From the NCBI GenBank assembly GCA_951406725.2, contig OX597819.1, positions 110,546,001 through 110,610,000 of the forward strand: DNA of 64,000 bases, written 5' to 3'. Source of the stretch: Octopus vulgaris (taxonomy: Eukaryota). Both the position numbers and the translations under genes were made by a program. The notes beneath the pieces are model-generated. The model was not told where the DNA came from. It saw only the letters and a program-made list of their open reading frames with translations, and ran no database searches. Positions 54,770 to 64,000 of the stretch are shown piece by piece (within the stretch, counting starts at the first letter, position 1; every line of letters starts with the position of its first letter).

Positions 54770-54915
54770 CTGATACTGATGGTAATGATAATGATAATGA
54801 TGATTATGATGATGATGATGATGATGGTGGTGGTGATGAGGATTATGATGATGATGATAATGATAATGCTGCTGCTGCTAATGATGATGATTGTGATGAT
54901 AATGATGATGGTGAA

Positions 54916-54954
<39 letters not shown>

Positions 54955-55123
54955 CTTGATGATTGTGTTGATGATCATGACGATGATGATTATGAGGATA
55001 ATGATGATGATGATGATAATGATGATTGTGATGATGATGATGATGATAATGATGATGATGATGATGATAATGATGATGATGATGATAATGATGATGATGA
55101 TGATGATTACGGTGACAATGATA

Positions 55124-55179
<56 letters not shown>

Positions 55180-55255
55180 AATGATGATGATGATGATGAT
55201 AATGATGATGATGATGATAATGATGATGATGATGATGATTACGGTGACGATGATA

Positions 55256-55303
<48 letters not shown>

Positions 55304-55400
55304 ATGGTTGTGCTGCTGACGGTGATGGAAATGATAGAATTTGTGGCGGTGGGAGTGATGAAGATGATGATTATGATGATGATGATGATGATGATGATGG
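54770..55400. repeat. (GAT)n tract with a higher-order ~132-bp duplication
   Basis: The interruption gattacggtgac occurs at about 55105 and 55237. Confidence 0.9.
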
Positions 55401-55754
55401 TGGCGATAGTGGTGGGGGGATGCTACTACTGTTGTTGCAGATGATGGTGATGGCAATGGTGATGACGATGTTGGTGGTAAAAATGGGAGTAATGATGCTG
55501 ATGATGACGATGATATTAATAATTGTATGGCGATGGTCACAGCATGGAGGAGGTGCTGATTGGCATTTCGGTTTCTTGTCTTAGACAATTGACTAAGACA
55601 ATGAAAGAGAAGGTGAATGATGTGAAGAAGCTGTAAAAAACGAAAGAAGAACAACGTCTGCAATGAAACCCTGAAGAGGGAACAACTAAGACAACAACAA
55701 TACGAAACCCAAGCGTTGTTGAAGATGATGGTGACAGGAAAAGAAATATTGGAT

Positions 55755-56269
55755 GAAGAGGGAAAGAGAGAGGGGAGAGGGGAGAGAAAAGAGAACGAGA
55801 GAGAGAGAGAGAGAGAAAGAGAAGGAGAGGAAGAGGAGAAAGAGAGAGAGAGAACGTGTGGGATGAAGAAGGAAGAAGAGAAAGGGAGGAAGAGGAGAAG
55901 GAAAAGAAGGAAGAAGGAGGATATGATGAAGAAGGAGGAGAGGGAAGGAAGGAGAATGAGGAGGAGGAAAAGAAGCAGAAGAAAGAAGCAAGAAAAAAAG
56001 AAGGATGAGGAGAAGGATTGGAGGAGAAGGAGGAGAAGGAAGAGAAGAAGAGAAAGGAAGGAAGAATAAGAAGGAAGTGGAGGAGGAGAAGAAGAAGAAA
56101 AGAGGAGGAGGAGAAGGAAAAGAAGGAAGAGAAGAAGGAGGAGAAGGAAAAGGAAAAGAAGGAGGAGAGTAGACGAAGGAGAGGGAAAAGAAGGAAGAGA
56201 AGAAGGAGGAGAAGGAAAAGGAAAAGAAGGAGGAGAATAGACGAAGGAGAAGAAGAAGAAGAAGAGGAA

Positions 56270-56304
<35 letters not shown>

Positions 56305-56340
56305 AGAAGAAGAAGAAGAAGAAGAAGAAAAAGAAGCAAC
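55755..56340. repeat. ~590-bp polypurine (GA/GAA/GGA) tract
   Basis: The plus strand is almost entirely A and G. Confidence 0.9.
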
Positions 56341-56799
56341 AGCAGCAGATGATGATGATGACGAAGATGATGATGACGAAGATGATGATGACGAAGATGA
56401 TGATGATGACGATGATTATGATGATGACAATGACGATGGTGATGATGAATAAGCAGGAAAAGAAGTAGCAATGATTTGAATTCTCTTGGCAAATAAGATT
56501 CTTAGAGGTGGAATATAAAAGAAATTGTTAAGCTTTAGAATCCCTTCTGCATCCGACCCCTTTTTTCTTTTTGTACATTCTCATTGTGTGGATGAATTCT
56601 CAGAATCACGAGAAGGTCGGGATATTTAGTTGTGTTAAACTAAGTTCTGAGTTCAACTCTCGCCAACTCCAACTTTGCCTTTCGCCCTTTCGGGCTCGAT
56701 AAAATAAGTAGTAGTTGAGGATTGGAGTTGACTAACCCAATTCTCCAAAATTTCTGACCTTGTGCTTATAGTAGAAAGGGTTATTATTACTATTATTAT

Positions 56800-57304
56800 T
56801 GAGTGATGTTGCATCACACGCCATCAAATTGACGCTGGGGTACAAATACACGAAGCCCAATGTACCCACCATGACTACCCAACTGATAAGGGTACAACAG
56901 GCACATACATCACAAGCATATGTGCGCAGTATGGTGATCTGTATGCCTTACAGGTGGGGCTCAGTTAGAGTTTTCTTTAGGTTGAGTAGCCCATCCCGCT
57001 CGGAAGTTCTCTGTATAAGGATTGTTTAAGGATGATTAACGAAACACCCATGTTCCCAGGTATAAATTATTCAAACTTCAAATAACCCGTCACTACTCAT
57101 GGTTATGATGTTCCCCCACTATTTCTGCTCGTGATCAGAGATGCACATGTCGTCAGCTACCAAGGACACATGCTCAACTGGTTAAGGTCAAACAAATCTG
57201 TGGTGTTCAGCAGAATATTTGTTGTAGCCCATCTTAAATATCAAAACAAAACTTGTACAAGATAACACTTCCATGAGAGCCACTGCTTGGTACTGTATCA
57301 GGGA
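56800..57304. repeat. Unclassified ~500-bp element between (TTA)n tracts, probably an interspersed repeat
   Basis: Complex sequence with sharp (TTA)n boundaries on both sides; family not identified from the window alone. Confidence 0.35.
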
Positions 57305-57426
57305 ATTATTATTATTATTATTATCATCATCATCATCATCATCACCACCACCACCACGACCACCACGACCACCACAACCACCACGACCATGACCACGACG
57401 ACGACGACCACCACCACCACCACAAC

Positions 57427-57492
<66 letters not shown>

Positions 57493-57493
57493 C

Positions 57494-57543
<50 letters not shown>

Positions 57544-57900
57544 CAATACCGGCAGATGACAACGTGTCTCTAAAAGAAATGGAGAAACTCTCAAAATACA
57601 AAGACCTGGTAAATAGAGATAACTAGAATGTGGAACCTGGAAACAGAAACAATTCCTATCATAGTAGGTGCATTAGGCATGATAAAAAAATATTCAGACA
57701 AATACATAACAAAAACACCAGGACTTACAAACACATATAACATACAGAAAATTGCACTACTAGGCACTGCACACATCCTACGCAGAACACTTTCCATACA
57801 ATAACCATCAGAGCATCACAACAAATCACAGCACATACCCAAGGCACACAGAGCTGCGCTCATTAGTGAAGTGAAAGCACGCTATAAAATAAAACTACTG
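57544..57900 (+). mobile_element. R4/Dong-clade non-LTR retrotransposon 3' end inserted in (AAT)n
   Basis: IPADDNVSLKEMEKLSKYKDL, frameshift, EITRMWNLETETIPIIVGALGMI...IQKIALLGTAHILRRTL*, a restriction-like endonuclease tail; (AAT)n on both sides fits the known Dong target preference. Confidence 0.88.
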
Positions 57901-58005
57901 AATAATAATAATAATAATAATAATTATACTACGACCACCACGACCACCACAACCACCACGACCATGACCACGACGACGACGACGATCACCACCACCACCA
58001 CCACC

Positions 58006-58062
<57 letters not shown>

Positions 58063-58141
58063 TTAATTATTATTATTATCATCATTATTATTATTATCAT
58101 AATAATAATTATTAATAATAATTATTATTATTATCATTATA

Positions 58142-58230
<89 letters not shown>

Positions 58231-58247
58231 CATCATTATTATTATTC

Positions 58248-58680
58248 AGGCGGCGAGGTGGCAGAAACGTTAGCACGCCGGGCGAAATGCGTAGCCGTAT
58301 TTCGTCTGCCGTTACGTTCTGATTTCAAATTCCGTCGAGGTCGACTTTGCCCTTCATCCTTTCGGGGTCGATAAATTAAATACCAGTTACGCGCTGGGGT
58401 CAATGTAATCGACTTAACCCGTGTGTCTGGCCATGTTTGTCCCCTCTATGTTTAGCCCCTTGCGGGCAATAAAGAAATAAGAAACGTTAGCAAGCTGGGC
58501 GAAATGCTTAGCGGTATTTTGCCCGTCGCTCTATTCAGAGTTCAAATTTCGCCGAAGTCGATTTTGCCTTTCATCCTTTCGGAGTCGGTGAAGTACCAGT
58601 TGAGTACTGGGTTCGATGTAATCGACTTAGCCACTCCACCTCTCCCAAATTTCAGGCCTTGTGCCTATAGTAGAAAGGAT
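58248..58680 (+). mobile_element. SINE family A dimer
   Basis: Head ggcggcgaggtggcagaaacg; the second unit restarts at agaaacgttagc (about 58480) right after aaagaaata. Confidence 0.9.
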
Positions 58681-60347
58681 CATTATTATTATTGTTGTTA
58701 TTATTGTTGTTGCTGTTGCTGTTATCATTCTGTTATTGCTATTGTTGATATTGTTGTCGGTATTATTACTGTTATAGCTTTCGTACAACTTTGTCAACAA
58801 TAAAAAATAAAATACTGCAACAGCTGTACAACATGAAGTCTACAACGAGAAATTTCATTGTGAGACAGAAGGAAAAAAAAAAAATTTGAGATGCACAAGG
58901 CACGCAGCCATTACATTAAGAAACCAACAACAACACCATCAGCAGCAGCAGCAGCGCACTGACATGTCACTTTGTCAACATTACTGTAAAAACGATGTTG
59001 ATGTTGTAGTTGTTGTTGATGATGATGATGATGACGATCCTCTTCACTTCTGATATCTTCCTCATAAATTATAGCATCCTTTTCTTCACCATTCCCCCTT
59101 TGCTCTTGTTGTTGTTGTTGATGTTCTTCTTCTTCTTCTTCTTCTTTTTCTTCTTCTTATTTTTTTTCTTCTTCTTTTTCTTCTTCTTCTTCTTCTTCTT
59201 CTTCTTCTTGTGGGTGTTCTTCTCTTTGTTCTTCTTGTTCTTCTTGTTCTTGCTCTTGTTGTTGTTGTTGTTGTTGTTGTTGTTCTTCTTCTTCTTCTTC
59301 TTCTTCTTCTTCTTCTTCTTCTTCTTCTTCTTCTTCTTCTTCTTCTTCTTCTTCCCACTCCAAGTCGTCTTCATTTTCATCGTCTTCAGCTTTATCAACG
59401 TAATTTTTACTCACTATCATCAACTTTGTCAACATTAACAACGATAAACTCCAGCAGCAGTGACAACAACAAGAACAAGAACAAAAACAAAAACAACAAC
59501 AACAACAACTGCCACTCCCCCTCTACAATCCACTATCACCACTACTACTACCTCCCTCCATCGCAACAACAACCACAAAAACTTACGCACAATTAAAATC
59601 AATTCCATTAGACATGAAGAGTGAAACGTCTTAAGACAGATTTCAAAAACCAACAACAAATCAAAATCAAATACAAATCTGCAAAAACAACAGCAATAAC
59701 AACAACATCACTATAAGATAAACAAACAAAAGCAAAAAGTTTGCTTTTGCAACCGAACGTTGAAGCGTCTTTCATCTTAAAATCTCGAAAGTTCGCGAGA
59801 CTTCTTCGTCAAACTCCTCCAAAATCTCTTCACCAATATCTTACCGCAAATTTAAACTAGAGCCGACATTTTGATTTCTTGTTGAATAGCTTCTTTTTGT
59901 TATTATTATTATTATTTTTTTTTTTTCGGTTTCATTAAATTTGTTTCTGTTGTTTTGATGTTTTAGTTGTATTTATTGTCGCTTCTTTTATTAATGGTGT
60001 ATGTAAGGCAAAGTCTCGTTTTGGTACTTGGTATTTTTGTGTTTGTGTGTATGTGTGTGTATAAATATACATTTATGTAACGTTCAAACACATTGTATAT
60101 ACATTCACATAGACTTGTTCACAAATACAGACGCACTCACACACACACATACACACTCACAAACACATACACACATCTAATGTACATATTCAAATATTAT
60201 ATATGTGCGTGTGTTTGTGTTTATGTTTTGATATTTCTTATTTAAAAAATATTTATAAACTGAAAACTGTATGAGTGCGTCGTTCTCTTGTGTCGTATGC
60301 TTATACACACATACACACACACACTCACACATACACACACACGCACA

Positions 60348-60394
<47 letters not shown>

Positions 60395-60434
60395 CTACAT
60401 ACCTACCTACATACATACATACAAACCTACATAA

Positions 60435-60484
<50 letters not shown>

Positions 60485-60967
60485 CTACATATTTATATAC
60501 ATGTATCTTGTACATATATATAAACACACACACACACATACACACACACACACATATATATATATTCATATATATTATGTATATATGTTCACACACGTAT
60601 ATATATGTGCATATATATCTATATATGTATATATATATGAGTGTGTGTGAGTGTGTACAGACAAATACACGAATGTTCATATAGCTATTTATATGCATGC
60701 ATGTAAAATATATATAGACCATTGTATGATAAGTAGAAGTGTTCATCTGTGTGTATTTATTTATATACGCCTGCATATATAACAATCGTTGTGTGTACTG
60801 CTTTAAGTTTTGCTTATATACAATGTATTTAAAAAAATATCAAGCAATACGTGCCTTGAATGTATATGCATAAAATCCTCTGCTCGTGTGTGTGTCTATG
60901 TGTATATTGGTATAGTGGTATGTGTGTGTATATGTACTTTTGCCTGTGCAAGTATATGTGCACCTAT

Positions 60968-61019
<52 letters not shown>

Positions 61020-61031
61020 CTCCTTTCTCCT

Positions 61032-61344
61032 TTTACTTTTTTACTTGTTTCAGTCATTTGACTGCGGCCATGCTGGAGCACCGCCTTTAGTCGAGCAAAT
61101 CGACCCCAGAACTTATTGTCTGCAAGCCTAGTACTTATTCTATCGGTCTCTTTTGCCGAACCGCTAAGTTACGGGGACGTAAACACACCAGCATCGGTTG
61201 TCAAACGATGTTAGGGGGACAAACACAGACACACAAACATACACACACACATACTTACATACACACATACTTACATACACACATACATACATACATACAT
61301 ACATACATACATACATACATACATACATACATACATACATACAT

Positions 61345-61398
<54 letters not shown>

Positions 61399-62028
61399 AG
61401 ATGAATATGGTACTTAAGTTGAGGCACCATAATTTAGTATGGCATTATCCATACAATTTAAAATAAGGTGATTAAGATCAAAATAAGCAACAAGGATATC
61501 CAGAGGTAATGCAGTACTATCGTTTCATGTGACTCTATTTAATTGAACAATGCAGTCATTACATCAATTTAAAATGTAGAACAATCTTGAGATGCACAAA
61601 GACATAGAATTTAATCAAATTTGAAGGACACATTAGTATGATTTTACTCCAAATCTCCAAGAGGATAAGGAGATAGACAAAGAACATGTTTTACCAACAA
61701 TATCACAACTGTGTAACTCTTGGAGATTTTGGGTAAAATTATACTAATGTGTTCTTCAAATTTACTTAAATCTGTATTTTTGTGCAGCTCAAGATTGCTC
61801 TACATTTTAAATTGATATAATGATTGCATTGTTTAATTAAATGGAGTCGCACGAAACGATCGTCCTGATATCCTTGTTGCTTATTCAGTTTCCGTCTACC
61901 AAATTCACTCACAAGGCTTTGGTCGGCCCTAGGCTATAATAGAAGACACTTGCCCAAGGTTCCACACAGTGGGACTGAACCCAGAACCATGTGGTTGGTA
62001 AGCAAGCTACTTACCACACAGCCACTCC
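61032..62028 (-). mobile_element. SINE family B split by an insertion in its internal microsatellite
   Basis: 3' half at 61032-61240 and 5' half at 61885-62028. Confidence 0.88.
61393..61885. mobile_element. Foldback Penelope pLTR-like element with a hammerhead-like motif in each arm
   Basis: Inverted arms 61482-61663 and 61717-61885 with a 53-nt loop; motifs at 61783-61867 (+) and 61510-61596 (-). Confidence 0.72.
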
Positions 62029-62545
62029 ATACACACACACACACACATGCATATACTAATCAGAAATGGCTCCGATGTAAGTAGCATTAATTTTCTTAGG
62101 TCTTTCAATTTTCCTAAATTGATCGATAGATCAATTGAATAAACCTATCAGTAATGTTTTTATAATGACTATTGGAAACAGCTGTTAGCTAAATTTGCCC
62201 CAATAAAGGAAAATATGAAATGACTATTATTTTAAACTTGTTTCTTATATGTCACTCTGTGTAAAAAACAGTTTTTCTGGAACCCATCCACGGATTTACA
62301 ATATAGAATTGTTAGGAACCATAACCTTGGACCATAATAAAAGGTAACCTGGAATTCTTCACTGATCTAAGTAATACTGTTAGCCAGGTGTGCCAACAGA
62401 AAGCTTATAAAGTATTTTACCCGGATTGATAATCACTATTTGTATAGATATACACGTGTGTGATTGTGTGAGTCTGAGTTTCTCTGTGTGGCTATATGCG
62501 TGTATATGTGTGTGTGCATTTGAATACAAAAGTTGGTAATGATTT

Positions 62546-62687
62546 CTTTTACTTGTTTCAGTCATTTGACTGTGTCCATGCTGGAGTACCGCCTTATTAG
62601 TCGAGCAAACCGACCCCAGAACTCATTCTTTTAAAGCCTAGTACTTATTCTATCGGTCTCTTTTTGCCGAACCGCCAGGTGACGGGG
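62546..62687 (-). mobile_element. SINE family B 3' fragment
   Basis: acttgtttcagtcatttgactgtgtccatgctggag...gccgaaccgc. Confidence 0.85.
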
Positions 62688-63009
62688 AAAGAATGAAGGA
62701 AAAGAAAAGTTGACACGTAGTAGTTCACTTTCCGTATTTATTCGGCCCAACTGGCTAATAGTAAGTACCAGCTAGATAGAGACAAAGCACGATTGATTCA
62801 ATTGCACACACACATATATGTATACAACTACTGTGAGGGCGCATGGCCTAGTGTTTAAAGTGTTGTTCTTACGATCGTGGGATCGTAGTTGCAATTCTTG
62901 GATCGGGTGGTACTTTGTATTCTTGAACAAAACACTTCATCTTTCGTTGCTTTGCGATCGCTTCGACACTTGACATCTGATGTGTGGTTCACCGTGCACT
63001 TGTTCAGGC

Positions 63010-63300
63010 AACTGGAATAATATTTGCCTCTCAAACCCTCTTTCACAGGGCCAAAGATATGATAGTCTTAAGGCGCTAAATCTGGTGACGAGGAAGTGAA
63101 AACTGTAGTGAAGAAGTGGCTCAAAGAACAGTCAACAGAATTCTAATTCGAAGGTGGAACATTGCTACTGAGAGAAACGGTGACTATGTTGAGAATTATG
63201 GATGTGATCCTCAGAGGACCAGCTTCATTTTGATGTATGATACATGTTACTGTGTTGGTAATTATACCTGTCCTAAATAAAATGGCATTACTTTTGACTC
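63010..63300 (+). pseudogene. Mariner transposase 3' remnant
   Basis: DEEVKTVVKKWLKEQSTEF and RRWNIATERNGDYVE, followed by a TIR-like cattacttttgactc. Confidence 0.75.
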
Positions 63301-63301
63301 G

Positions 63302-64000
63302 GTAAACTACCGCCTATTACTTGTCAAGCTTCAAGCATATAGTTTCCATCCGGATATTGTACGATGGGTTGGTGCCTTCCTCTCAGATCGCTCCTTCCAA
63401 GTCCAAGTAAATGGTTCGCGGTCCGACGTCTCCAGTGCGAGCAGTGGCGTGCCTCAAGGTTCAGTGCTTGGGCCCTTATTGTTCTTAGTCTTCATAAATG
63501 ACTTGGCCCGACGACCTCACGCAACACACCCTTCTATTTGCCGACGATATCAAACTGGTCGCTCCTCGCGGTGATATAGAGGATCTTCGTCGATGCCTCC
63601 ACCAAATTTGGAAGTGGTCTAACGAATGGGACCTGTGTCTGAACGTGTCAAAGTGCTGTCATCTGCCTGTTGGCTCTCCTCCTGCAACTCAACTTGATTT
63701 CGAGCCGGGTCGTCTGCTGCTGGAGAGGACCGATCAGGTAAAGGACCTGGGTATCTTGGTGGATTCCTCCTTTTCACCTTCGGCCCAGTGCGTCCATGCT
63801 GCCAACAAAGCACGCGGAATTCTGTTCTTGATTCGACGGTCATTCGGAATGCTCACAGCAGCCATATTCCTACCACTCTATGTCACGCTGGTGAGGCCCA
63901 TATTGGAGTACGGGATTCAAGCCTCTTCTCCTTATCTCCTCAAAGACATACAGCATCTCGAAAGAGTCCAGAAGCTGGCTACCCGCATGGTTCATGGTCT
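63302..64000 (+). pseudogene. CR1-clade LINE reverse transcriptase, 5'-truncated with one frameshift, running off the window
   Basis: LLVKLQAY...WVGAFLSDRSFQVQVNG...SGVPQGSVLGPLLFLVFINDL, frameshift near 63506, then LFADDIKL...LNVSKC...KDLGILVD...LVRPILEY...LERVQKLATR. Confidence 0.92.

Noticed and set aside
54607-55584. 325-aa poly-Asp ORF resembling acidic biomineralisation proteins
   Set aside because: It is a (GAT)n microsatellite open in several frames on both strands, with no signal peptide or splice evidence, and similar triplet tracts occur throughout the window.

Overview
This is AT-rich eukaryotic non-coding DNA saturated with microsatellites. By inference from repeat families and microsatellite density it is a cephalopod (Octopus-like) intronic or intergenic region. 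No host protein-coding gene can be supported: almost all ORF-track entries are translations of simple repeats. Recognisable content includes many copies of three tRNA-derived SINE families, LINE remnants (RTE, CR1/L2-type RT, R4/Dong), Tc1/mariner remnants, hAT-type MITEs and two Penelope-like (GIY-YIG) remnants. The most notable signal is a set of short (about 180-750 bp) elements, mostly inserted in microsatellites, that carry type I hammerhead-ribozyme-like cores (CUGANGA...GAAA...NUH with pairing stems). They occur as tandem ~320-bp repeats, solo ~180-bp units and long inverted foldback hairpins, resembling Penelope pseudo-LTRs or retrozymes. All calls were made by eye without alignment or folding software, so element boundaries are approximate.
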